Shown here piece by piece: positions 1-9,650 of a stretch of 64,000 nucleotides of DNA. The translations under genes and the position numbers were made by a program. The stretch spans positions 248,001 to 312,000 of the forward strand of contig VRMN01000014.1 in NCBI GenBank assembly GCA_008690995.1. Direction: 5' to 3'. Source of the stretch: Porphyridium purpureum. Lineage: Eukaryota. Position 1 is the first letter of the stretch. Every line of letters begins with the position of its first letter. The notes below the pieces were generated by a model. That model saw only the letters and a program-made list of their open reading frames with translations. It was not told the origin of the DNA and did no database searches.

Positions 1-2580
1 CGATATCTCAGGCTCATCCAGCATGACGACCGCCTCCCTGAATTTTTGTGGCCCGAGCGGCTTGGTAAAGATGCCTGCCGGGTTTTCCTTCCCGGCGACA
101 AACCGCAGCTCACATCTTCCAAAGAGCTGTGCAGCAAAGACCTCATACAATGAGACGACCGCCACTCCTTGACTCTTGCGCAGGTGCTCAACCTTTGCAG
201 AGTATCCATTGCACACCCACACGATCGCGACTTCAATATCACAATGCATAACCCCATGCTTTCCTCCTTGCAACCGTTCGGTTCCTACGAGCTCTTCCAC
301 CAGGCTCATCGCTGGTAGAAACCCTCCAAACGTAGCCTCGTGGAGGCTGATTAGCTCGGCCTGTCCAGTAGAAGTGTCCACTACTTTCTGCTTGCGACTG
401 CTCCAGTCGACAAGCGTCCACAATCGTTCGCTTCTAACGTACACAGCGTATCCTGTGGTGGACCTGCGCGTGGGCGGATATCCTGCATGGTCTACATCCC
501 AAAAAACATGCACGTCAACGGGAGCCCGTCTTTCCTCCTCATTCACGAGGCGTCCAAACGAAATCTGGCTGAATGGGTGCGCACGCAAGTATCTCAATAG
601 TTGTGCGAGTCCTTTCTCCGCGGCCTCGTTCCATGCATCCACAAACCGTGCCAGGTAGGCCACGGTGAACGCTATGCTCGGGCGCGACGTTCGTGCAACC
701 CACATCAGCTTCCCAATGACCTCTCGAACGCATTCGCATCTCCCGGGCTCATCAAACAATGAGGCCTCCGGGTAGTCCATTGGTCTGCTGGCATCCATCG
801 CGCTCGCGCTCTCCTCATGTTCTTTCACCAGCGTGCGCACGTAACCACTTCCATCCAGGGTGATCACCGTGTTCTCACGCGTGACGATCATTCCGAGATG
901 CGGGATCTGCTCACCGTCATCTAGAAACAGCGTTCGTTTATCAGTCACAAAGTCTTCGTAATGCTCCTTGACGACCGTCCTTACATGCGCATCCCGACCG
1001 GCTATCAAGCCGTCGTCGACGTACAACACCGGCGAGGTCTCGCATCCGTCTGTCGTATGAATGTCGGTCAATCCTGCGCCACGGTTTACCATCCGCGCGT
1101 CTCCAGCTTTTTCCTGGCGAACGCCGCAAAATCCGAGCCCGATCGTGGCAACCCGTTGATTGCCTTCTTCAGAGGCACAACGCTCCCGCGCTCGCGGCTC
1201 GCCTCGGGCGGCAGCCACATAAACATTGGCGGGCCCACGAGCGGCGCCTGTAGATATGCGCTCGTAATGTCGACGAACGCCATCTAATCGCCTTTCGCTG
1301 CGTGCAATGCCAGCACGCTCCGGAGCGACCGTAACCCAGCCGGGGATTCATACGGCACGATAGAGTGTACCGCCTTTCCTTCAGCATCGGACAGGCGATC
1401 GCCTCCTGCCACCAACCGGCACTTCCACTTCTGGTGCTCAGCTCCGAGTTGTACGTTCTTCTTTGCAAAGATGCAGGGCGACCGCACAAACACAGCGTTC
1501 TTAACCTTTCGAGCCTCCTCGACCGATTTCGGGGATCCCCACACTTCACACTGTCCCATGGCCGAGATCTCTTTCGTCAATGCCTCCTGCGCCGCTGTCT
1601 CTTTCATTACCACATGCGGTCGCACAAGTTACTCTAGGGTTACTCTAGGGTCACCCCGCACTTAACCTCGGCTTTCATTCCGGCCGGCAACATTTCCTGG
1701 CTCTCCTCCATCATTCGTAGCGTTCGCTCCGCTACTCTTTCGTCCCTGCGGACCATCTTCTCCATCTTGGCGCTCGCCCTTTGCGCCTTCTGAGCCCATT
1801 CAAGCTACGAGAACGAACCTTCCACGGCCGTGTAGTCCTGCGTCTTTCCGACGCCAGGGCCCGTTCGGTTCCTCACCCACTCTCTGGGCACTACGTCCAT
1901 CGACCGCGGGGTTATCACCTTGCCCGGGGAGAATTACATCCATCCCGCGCGGCCCGAATTCCAGCATCCGCAGATGCATCCGCAGCGTTCCGTAAACCAC
2001 GTGCGTGCCGAATGCTATCAACCGCGTTGACCGTGGCCACGGCTCTCCGTATCGTGCTTCATATGGAGTCTTACAGTTGCATGCGAGCGCATCATCCTAT
2101 TCTGCAGGAAGGAGTAATGCCTGGCGACCGCCACAAAGTTGGACTCCTCCATCCCAGACCGCACAAGCGCAGTGCGGATTTACTCGTTCGTCAATCTTTT
2201 GTGTTGCGCTCGCACCGCCAGCACTCTTCACCTCCGGCGCGCTCTTGCCTCTCGGCCAATCTTGTCCCAATCAAACTGCATGTTCACGGCACTGAGCCAC
2301 TCCACGCCCAGCACCACCTCACCGAGACTTCGGACGGAGTATACGTTGGCGTTCATCTCTCTCCTAATTGCCTCGACATTCATCTTCCCCACGAACGTGG
2401 CCTTGACCTTTCCTCCGCCTGCGACCGCAACATCAACCTCCTCTGAAGGCGTGCACATTTCAGCATTCTCCCCATTGCTCGACCAGACCCCCTCCACAAC
2501 GAAAACGTGAGTGGCTCCAGTGTCCAGCAGGGCGAGCGCCGCTATCCCACCGACGACGGCGCGCACCCGGGGGAGGCTTA

Positions 2581-2587
2581 GTTTCCC
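2581..2587 (-). other. -1 frameshift slippery heptamer G_GGA_AAC (gag to pol) of the degenerate element
   Basis: Gag ends CAG GGA AAC TAA; the -1 frame continues GKLSLPRVRAVVGGIAALALLDTGATH. Confidence 0.75.
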
Positions 2588-2969
2588 TGGCCACGGTCGT
2601 TCCTGCTTCCGTTCGCTGGCGACCGCCCGTTCCCCGCACCATCCGCTCCGTTCGGGCAGTTGCGACGGAAGTGTCCCTCCTGGCCACACCCGTTGCAGTG
2701 AACGCGGTTGCTCTTCCCATTTCTATCGTTCGGCTGCGCTGCACGACGCCCACTTTCCATTGGCTGGTGCCTGCGGTCGCCGTTCCATTCCTGGTTTCCC
2801 CAACGCCTGCGTCCACCATCCCACATTGCCTCTTCAGTCGCGACCGCGATGCGAGCAGCGTGCTCGAACGAGTTGCAGGTCCCGCTGTCCATCGAAGTAG
2901 CTCAGCTTCCCAGCCTTTACAGGCTGAGCGCGCAACAGCTGTGCATCCATGCCCTCTTCACCTTACCAC

Positions 2970-2981
2970 GCGATGATACCA
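2970..2981 (-). promoter_or_regulatory. Primer-binding site TGGTATCATCGC (tRNA-iMet type)
   Basis: Identical to the PBS at 8009-8020; lies 20 nt upstream of the gag ATG at 2950. Confidence 0.8.
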
Positions 2982-3482
2982 CGTTATTATTATTGAACAT
3001 GCTACCGGTTTATAGCCGATAAGCCGATACGTGCTCTCAGCTTTTGGACACACTTGCGTGTGCGGACACTGGAGAATTCCTCAAACAAGTGTTTAGCTCT
3101 CTCGCCAACCATGTCCTTCTTACTAAAATTACCTCTATTCCGGCGTCGCCGCTTCAAGCGGGCGCGCCTTTTATACCTCGAGATCGGCGTCCGCCAAAGA
3201 CGAAAACTTCCTCGCGTCCGCGATCTCTGCTCATCCACCGCGCGTACGCGGCTCATCAGTTTGCCTCCATAGCGGCCACCATCTTCAACTTCTGCAGGTT
3301 CCTGCCATTTTCCACTCCTCTCCACCTGCGTCTCCGTGCACGTCAGGTGAGCGCGACGCTGCACAGCCCTTCGCAGGCTGCACTAACGCGAGTGTACCCC
3401 GTGTGCCCTCTCGAAGGTGTACACCACTGTACAAACTACTTCATCAAACATGTACACACGCGGACAACTTTTCAACAAAAGC

Positions 3483-3769
3483 TGTAGAAGTGTTAGCTTC
3501 AAGTATAACGCAACTTTACTCTCGTCTTGCTTGCACTGAAGGATGATAGTCCTTTCTGCTTGACTGCTGCGTCTTGGACCCGAAAACTTCGTCCGCGACT
3601 GCAATTTATACCCGCACTCCGGCAGGACACGCACGGACCAACGTCGTCTGCAACGGTCACCGAAAGCTGCCGCACCATACCGAGGTGGGCGCCAAAGTCT
3701 TGCTTAGAACGGTCACTAGACGTTACAGCAAACGGATCCTAGCCGTTACGCTAAACCGTCCCTTTACTG
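3483..3769 (-). repeat. 3' LTR (287 bp)
   Basis: Direct repeat of 8022-8309 with about 3 differences (cctttctgc vs ccttttttgc; ccaacg vs ccaatg). Confidence 0.95.
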
Positions 3770-3771
3770 CG

Positions 3772-3780
3772 CCCCCTTCT
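3772..3780 (-). other. Polypurine tract AGAAGGGGG
   Basis: Purine run immediately upstream of the 3' LTR on the minus strand. Confidence 0.8.
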
Positions 3781-3803
3781 AAGCAAATTTTTGCTCACCG
3801 ACC

Positions 3804-4364
3804 TCAACCTCTTCGCTGCGGTTCGATACCAAGGAGTGAAAGCTTCCTCTCAAACTTGAACTTTGAAAACTGTTTTGTAAACAGGTCGGCGGGATTGTCC
3901 TTGCCGCTTATCCAGGACAAATTCAGCACCCGTTTCTCGGCTAGCTCATGCAGCCACGCGATGGATATGCGCTGCGTTCTCCTCGCATGCCCAAGTTTTG
4001 CCGAAAATCCCTTTTCAACGGCTCGAATCGCTGCCTGGCTATCAGAAACCAAATGCAGAGATGCTTCGGGATGACCCATAACGTCCGCGTTCAGCAGAAG
4101 GACCTTGGTGGCGGCTTCGAGCGCGACTATTTCTGCTTCCGCGGACGAGGTAGCCACTGACCTCTGCAACCGCGAGCCCCAGTCGACCAAATAGCACTCG
4201 GTCCCCGCCGATAGGAACATCGCCATCCCCGAAGTTGACTTCGCGGCGCCGCTGCAGTCGCCCGAAAAATCAGAGTCTACAAATGAGGTCAGCGCGAAGA
4301 GCTCCTCCTGCGCGAGCTGCTGAATCTTAAACACAATAGTCGAAACCGGGTTCGCGCGCAAGTA
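3804..4364 (-). CDS. Pol C-terminus (end of RT plus Ty1/copia RNase H), separated from the main pol ORF by one in-frame TAA
   Basis: FVDSDFSG, KSTSG, WGSRLQRSVATSSAEAE, DSQAAI, DNPADLFTK. Same frame as 4365-7160 (LKRIF*YLRAN). Confidence 0.9.
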   Translation of the reverse strand, partial: YLRANPVSTIVFKIQQLAQEELFALTSFVDSDFSGDCSGAAKSTSGMAMFLSAGTECYLVDWGSRLQRSVATSSAEAEIVALEAATKVLLLNADVMGHPEASLHLVSDSQAAIRAVEKGFSAKLGHARRTQRISIAWLHELAEKRVLNLSWISGKDNPADLFTKQFSKFKFERKLSLLGIEPQRRG

Positions 4365-7202
4365 TTAAAAGATGCGCTTCAGCAGGCGCTCGCCTCCCAA
4401 GCTCCACCTATCAACTAAACGTGCTACTCGTGCGACGGCCCGTGCCAAATCTGGCCTCGTGGTTCGGGCTAACCAAAGAAGTGCGCCAAGCTCCGAGCGC
4501 GGAGCATCCGGAGCGCCGTTCTCGAAATCTTCCGCTTCGACAGCCACATCTGGCGTCCTGGGCGCCCCCACAATGTTCTGCAACCTCCACGCATACGACT
4601 TAATGAGATGCCTCGCGTAGTCTGTATGATCCAGTTCGATCTGGTCGCCAACTCGCCGCACGGTGATTCCGAGAAACCTAATCTGCTGCGCGTCCGATAG
4701 CAGGCAGGGGGAATCGAACACGAACATTTTTCGAAGCTCCTCCTTCACCTGTAGAATTTTAGCCTGCGGCCCAACGATGAGGAAGTCGTCGACATAGGCA
4801 ACAATATACACTCCATCGCGCCAGAAGACCGAGGCCACGCGTTCCGTCCAGCCGGCCTTTCGCAATTTGTCGGCTGTCTCGTGCACAAAATCCGCGCCGG
4901 CGCGCGGGAGACCATACAGTGCCTTTCGCAGCCTGTAAACTCCCTTGCGCGCCCCGGGCGCCTCCTCGGGTAGACAAATAAACACCGGATCACCGCGCAA
5001 GTCCGACTGAAGGTAGGCCGACGTCATGTCCATGCCCATCACGGCGTGATTGCAAGCCGCGGCCCAGGCGAGTACTAACCGAAGCGCGGCCAAGCTGCTT
5101 GGCGCTGCGTAAGGCACAGGCTGCTCAGCCCGCTCGCCATCATGCGACTTTAAATTATTCCCAGCCGCAACAAAACGGACTTTGTACCTTTGCGCCTCCG
5201 CGCCTCTCTCTTTGTGCTTCAGCGTGTAAATGAAGTGCCCACGCACGAAGATTGCTCTTGGAACCGTACGAGCAGCCGTCCACTGCACGGGTGAGGAATC
5301 CCAGGCGTTGAACCGAGCAAGCTTTTCCAGCTCGTCATTGCGTGCACGAGTGAATGCTTCATTCTTCACTGCCACGCTCCGCGGCACGACCTCCGTCACG
5401 TTTAGCTCGAAGCGCCGGGGAGCTTTCGTTGCTCGACCCGCACGCGTTCGCACGCCAGAGAATGTGGCGTCTGGCTTGGCACCCTGCGCGTCGCGCGCCA
5501 CCACAGTTTCCTCCCTTCTGCGCTTCTTGGCGAGTGCCCGAGCACTCTTCGCCCGCAGAGCCATTTCTCTCGCAGCTTGGTCTGCCGCATTCTGCGCACG
5601 CTTGCGCATCGCCTCCGAAGCTCGTTCTTCGCGAACGCGGTCCTTCTCGGCTCTTGCGCTCTCCCGCTCGTCTCGAGCGTTTTTATGGCGCGCCTCACGT
5701 CTGCTATATTCCAGCAGGTCTTCGACGGTGCACTTACATGCTCCGATAGTGCACGTACCGTCCCGCCGATGCCTTTTCGCGCGCTTGCCCAGGCACTTGT
5801 AGCAAAGGACGACTGCAATTCGAGTTTTTCTGCATCGAATGCACTCCTCTGCGTCTTCGGGAACCCGGTCGACGTCATCATCAAGCCACAATCGCTCCCC
5901 AAGCGGTCTGAGCCCCAGTCGACGCGCGGGAAACTCCGTCCTCCGAAATTCCACGTCGCGCGTGGCAATCTCGCGTACAACACCGTTCGCCAAGTCATCC
6001 ACAGGGGCTACGACAAAGCCAACTTCGCCATGAAATCTTAGCAGAACGCCAAGCTTCGCCCTTGCTTCAAACTTTCCCGTCTCGTCACTCAAAAACAAGA
6101 CCGCACAGCCAAACGGAGCCAACTTGTCTTGTGCATACGCGGTTCCGTACCTTTTCTCGTACGGCGTCTCCCGCCCGGGATGACTGGAACTGTGCCTGTT
6201 ATACACAAACGTTTGATGCTTTATGGCATCGGGCCAAAAGCGCGCCGGGAGCCCAGCTTCTACCAGCGCCGCTCTTGTGGGCTCTACGACATCCCGGTTT
6301 CTGGACTCGATTAGAGCATGGGAATTCGGCCTATTCGGAAGACCAAACTCGGAAAGCGAACCTTTCAGCCTCACGAGATCTTCAAAAACGCCGCGAAACT
6401 CTTTGCCGCCGTCGGACTTGACAACTCGTGGCCAATGTGTGCCAGCAAGAGCAACGTCCATGGCCTTCGCGCAAGAGGCGGCAGTCTTATCCTCTACTGG
6501 CTCTACGAAAAGCCAACCATCCCGCCTGTCCGCACCAACCAGAGCGTAACGCTCGCCCCCGCGTCCAACACCCCCATCGTCCCGGCCCGCGTCAATGAGG
6601 TCCACATCGAGCGCGTCTCGAACACCCGCCTGCTCGCCCGTGCGCCTGGCTGGACGGCGGCGCATTTTTCCGAGCGCGCACGCGCCGCAGCCAGAATCTT
6701 TTGGCCGGTGCGCTAAGTAATGCTCTTCGCCGCACGACACCGCAGCTATCCGCGCCCATTCTGCCCAAAGTGGACTAACGACCGTAAACCATGGAATTCC
6801 AAGGATTAGGTCGCACGAAAGCTCACGTACGACGATTAGCCGCGCTACACAGCTTGCCTTGGCTGCCTTAAGGACGGGTATATGCGGCGAGTCAACGACG
6901 ACTTGCGCAACCCCTATAACGTCCAGCGTGTGCCCATTCGCCACTCTCGCGCTGGCGACAACGTCTGGCACAGACTCGACCACGCAACCGGGGATTCTTT
7001 CAACAAAACTGCGCCTGGCAAAACATGCGGTAGCTCCGTTGTCCAGCATGGCGGGTACCTTCGTGCCATTCACAGTCACGTCTTCAAAACATGGTTTCGT
7101 GAACAACGGCACCACTTGCCGGATCGTCACTGCTTCCGGTACAGGATCCGGCGCCCCCATGCCCAGGCCGCCTAGGCCCGGCTGGGGGCCAAACCTTTTA
7201 AA
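4365..7202 (-). CDS. pol: Pol polyprotein: aspartic protease, integrase, Cys-rich/coiled-coil linker, reverse transcriptase
   Basis: AMLDNGATACF and DLILGIPWF (PR); HYLAH...CGAC, DVDLID, SDGGKEF, IESRNR (INT); YKVRFVAAG, MDMTSAYLQ, KALYGLPRAG, YVDDFLI (RT). Frame is open back to the slippery site at 7196-7202. Confidence 0.93.
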   Translation of the reverse strand, partial: FKRFGPQPGLGGLGMGAPDPVPEAVTIRQVVPLFTKPCFEDVTVNGTKVPAMLDNGATACFARRSFVERIPGCVVESVPDVVASARVANGHTLDVIGVAQVVVDSPHIPVLKAAKASCVARLIVVRELSCDLILGIPWFTVVSPLWAEWARIAAVSCGEEHYLAHRPKDSGCGACALGKMRRRPARRTGEQAGVRDALDVDLIDAGRDDGGVGRGGERYALVGADRRDGWLFVEPVEDKTAASCAKAMDVALAGTHWPRVVKSDGGKEFRGVFEDLVRLKGSLSEFGLPNRPNSHALIESRNRDVVEPTRAALVEAGLPARFWPDAIKHQTFVYNRHSSSHPGRETPYEKRYGTAYAQDKLAPFGCAVLFLSDETGKFEARAKLGVLLRFHGEVGFVVAPVDDLANGVVREIATRDVEFRRTEFPARRLGLRPLGERLWLDDDVDRVPEDAEECIRCRKTRIAVVLCYKCLGKRAKRHRRDGTCTIGACKCTVEDLLEYSRREARHKNARDERESARAEKDRVREERASEAMRKRAQNAADQAAREMALRAKSARALAKKRRREETVVARDAQGAKPDATFSGVRTRAGRATKAPRRFELNVTEVVPRSVAVKNEAFTRARNDELEKLARFNAWDSSPVQWTAARTVPRAIFVRGHFIYTLKHKERGAEAQRYKVRFVAAGNNLKSHDGERAEQPVPYAAPSSLAALRLVLAWAAACNHAVMGMDMTSAYLQSDLRGDPVFICLPEEAPGARKGVYRLRKALYGLPRAGADFVHETADKLRKAGWTERVASVFWRDGVYIVAYVDDFLIVGPQAKILQVKEELRKMFVFDSPCLLSDAQQIRFLGITVRRVGDQIELDHTDYARHLIKSYAWRLQNIVGAPRTPDVAVEAEDFENGAPDAPRSELGALLWLARTTRPDLARAVARVARLVDRWSLGGERLLKRIF
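7150..7202 (-). other. -1 programmed frameshift signal: T_TTA_AAA plus downstream GC-rich stem-loop
   Basis: Heptamer at 7196-7202 in gag frame; pol is in the -1 frame with a TGA just upstream of the heptamer; stem GCCCCCA/TGGGGGC encloses GCCGGGCC/GGCCTGGGC. Confidence 0.85.
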
Positions 7203-7990
7203 TCAGGGCACGTTGCTCGCACGTGATCCTCCTTCCCGCAATTCCAACAGCCGTCCCTATTCTTTTTCCGGCGACGGCGCGACGGAAGCGCACCCGCGCT
7301 GACCGCCCCCAGGTCCATTGGTGCAGGCCCATCGTGTCCTGCAGAGCTCCCGTAGAGGGAGAGCGAGCCTCCATATGCAGACTCTGCTGCCGATGCAACC
7401 CGGGCTGCATGCGTTACCGAAGCAACGTCCGCTTTCAGGACTTCAACCTTGATTTTCGGTTTCAGCCCGCGGACAAAACGGTCAAGCCTTTCCTCCTCTG
7501 TCAAACGAGGAATCATCAGCGTAACACGCGCGAATTCGTTCACGTATTCCTCCACGGAACGTGACTGCCTCAGGGTTGCAAGCACATCACGTGCGGCGCG
7601 CGCTGCATGTGGTGGCGTAAACGTTGCCTCAATCGTCGCAGAGAATTCATCCCACGTCCCAGGCGAGGATCCTTGGGTTGTTGTTGCCATCCACCACACC
7701 AGGGCCGGACCGCGGAAGTACGTCGCGGCCGCCCTGATCGCCTTTAACTCGGCGTCGCGACGAAGTTCGTCTGCTGTGCGTCCAGGCCCAGCGGTTCCAG
7801 GCGCCGCCCGAGCAGCTGCCACCGCGGCCACCGCCGCATCGCGCAGCGGAATGTAGATAACCTCGCGCGCACTGAACAACCACGTTTTAATGGCCAGCGC
7901 GTCACGCGCCCCATCATAAACGTCAAGGCGCGACACCTGCACCAAGTCAGCGGGCCCCGGCCTCGCCATTGCACGCGAAAGTGCCTCCAT
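7172..7990 (-). CDS. gag: Gag with Ty3/gypsy-like capsid motifs and CCHC knuckle
   Basis: YDGARD, ALVWW, LRQSRSVEEYVNEF, FVRGLKPKIK, GPAPMDLG, CWNCGKEDHVRATC. Confidence 0.92.
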   Translation of the reverse strand: MEALSRAMARPGPADLVQVSRLDVYDGARDALAIKTWLFSAREVIYIPLRDAAVAAVAAARAAPGTAGPGRTADELRRDAELKAIRAAATYFRGPALVWWMATTTQGSSPGTWDEFSATIEATFTPPHAARAARDVLATLRQSRSVEEYVNEFARVTLMIPRLTEEERLDRFVRGLKPKIKVEVLKADVASVTHAARVASAAESAYGGSLSLYGSSAGHDGPAPMDLGAVSAGALPSRRRRKKNRDGCWNCGKEDHVRATCPDLKGLAPSRA

Positions 7991-8008
7991 CCTCTATCGA
8001 AACCCAAA

Positions 8009-8020
8009 GCGATGATACCA
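8009..8020 (-). promoter_or_regulatory. Primer-binding site TGGTATCATCGC
   Basis: 1 nt downstream of the 5' LTR end (...CTACA G TGGTATCA); matches the TGGTATCA iMet-type core. Confidence 0.88.
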
Positions 8021-8021
8021 C

Positions 8022-8309
8022 TGTAGAAGTGTTAGCTTCAAGTATAACGCAACTTTACTCTCGTCTTGCTTGCACTGAAGGATGATAGTCCTTTTTTGCT
8101 TGACTGCTGCGTCTTGGACCCGAAAACTTCGTCCGCGACTGCAATTTATACCCGCACTCCGGCAGGACACGCACGGACCAATGTCGTCTGCAACGGTCAC
8201 CGAAAGCTGCCGCACCATACCGAGGTGGGCGCCAAAGTCTTGCTTAGAACGGTCACTAGACGTTACAGCAAACGGATCCTAGCCGTTACGCTAAACCGTC
8301 CCTTTACTG
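8022..8309 (-). repeat. 5' LTR (288 bp)
   Basis: Direct repeat of 3483-3769. Confidence 0.95.
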
Positions 8310-8789
8310 AAAAGCAAGACATCCCTTTTTTTCTTCAAGAAAGCTTTACCAAGCTGGCCTTCGCCTCTTGCTACACCTTTATATACCTACCGCGGCGAAT
8401 GCGTGGATAACGCGGCCAAGTTGGACACGCGTCCCGGCGACGTGCGTGTGTCCACGCTATTTCCAAAAATAGCACTCCGTTTACAGACAGCCTCTGCTGT
8501 CCATGCCAAGCACAGGAAGCACGGCACGTTGCGCTGGCACCCGTTCGCGCCACTAACCGTACATTCTGATCTTGAGGCCCGAGTGGACTTGCGCGAGTAC
8601 ACGCCCTTTCTCATGAATAAAGTGCAACCCAAAACGGATAGGGTGCAGAGCTGTTATCAAGTTGTACTAGTAAAATGATCTGCATTACGATAGAGAATAA
8701 AGGTCTGGTGAAAAGGGAACGAGACTGAGGTCGAAACGGACAGGGACCTTTGTACGTGTGTGGCTATTACTCAGCCATAGATAGTTGGA

Positions 8790-9650
8790 ATCGGTCTTTG
8801 TCTCCTTGCAAGTATGCGCCTCGAACATATGCATGGTCGAATATGCGTTTCAGCGGAAAAGCGTCCACAAATTGATCAGTACAGTCTGGTCCAAAACCTT
8901 CCAAGCAAGTGTGACGGTATTTCTTAGCTTTAGCACCATCTGAGACTGCCATGCATCGTCAGAAACCTTGCATGCTAGTATTTTCCACCCTTTGTGTATC
9001 ATGCTGAAGTCCAGCGAGTACGCTGGCCAGTCTAAACGCTCCACATTCTCATCATTCTTGAAATGCATCAGCTGGCGACTTGTGTGTACTGGTGCGTTAT
9101 CCTGCTGAGAAATCATGCTCGAGTCCATGATCTGACGGTAGCGGCTCAGCACACCGTCATTCTGAAGCACGGAAGCAGAATTGGCAGCCGCAAAGATCTT
9201 GTTCATGAATTAAAAGCGAATCTTTCCTGTCGCAGAAAAAGTACCCCAAACCATGTCACCACCGCCGCCGGAATGACTTGACCCAATGTTTCAGCATTCT
9301 CTGCGCGCTCAAGCCACGTCTTGCGGAAAGCATCCGGCGCATCCTGGCTGCATTTTTTTCTCGTCCATGAACACAATTGTGGCTCTTTTTGTTTGTTCCA
9401 GCTGACAGCGTCTGGTCGAGGCCAGCCTCTTGAGCTCAAAAGTAAGCGTCAGCCGTGTATAGACTGGAACTGTTTGGCATGCAGCGGTCGGGTTCATTGT
9501 TGTCCGAATTGCCGTCAAATTTGGGACACGATTGATACCGCGAAGGTGATGTGCAGCACAAACTTGATGGGCAGTATTCACAAGCCGAAGCTTCTTGATG
9601 TCATGAAGCTTGAGTATGCATGCCTCTGTGCGTTTTGAAGCGTCTCTATT
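8790..9650 (-). pseudogene. Tc1/mariner transposase relic
   Basis: IVFMDEKK (first D) and QQDNAPVHTS...LDWPAYSLDFSMIHKGW (decayed WPxxSPDLNPIExxW), split across frames. Boundaries approximate; no TIRs identified. Confidence 0.8.

Larger units (their letters stand above)
1..2981 (-). mobile_element. Degenerate LTR retrotransposon (copia-type RT/RNaseH, gypsy-like gag-protease), internally deleted, 3' end beyond window edge
   Basis: Minus-strand fragments in the order gag (MDAQLLRAQ...FDGQRD; knuckle CNGCGQEGHFRRNC), protease (LLDTGATHVFV...VVLGVEWL), integrase remnant (IRTALVRSGMEESNF), RT (KWKCRLVAGGD, FVDITSAYLQA, LKKAINGLPRSG), RNaseH (STTGYAVY, DWSSRKQ, GKENPAGIFTK). Many stops and frameshifts; PBS at 2970-2981. 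Confidence 0.92.
3483..8309 (-). mobile_element. Full-length young LTR retrotransposon (PR-INT-RT-RH copia order, gypsy-like gag/PR)
   Basis: Two near-identical LTRs, PBS, PPT, gag and pol ORFs, flanking AAAAGC duplication (3477-3482 and 8310-8315). Confidence 0.96.

Noticed and set aside
1628..1649. 11-bp duplication GTTACTCTAGG, telomere-like
   Set aside because: Only two copies inside a decayed element; ordinary slippage.
8403..8465. Imperfect hairpin (TGGACACGCG/CGTGTGTCCA) as a MITE or TIR
   Set aside because: Short; no second copy or TSD found.
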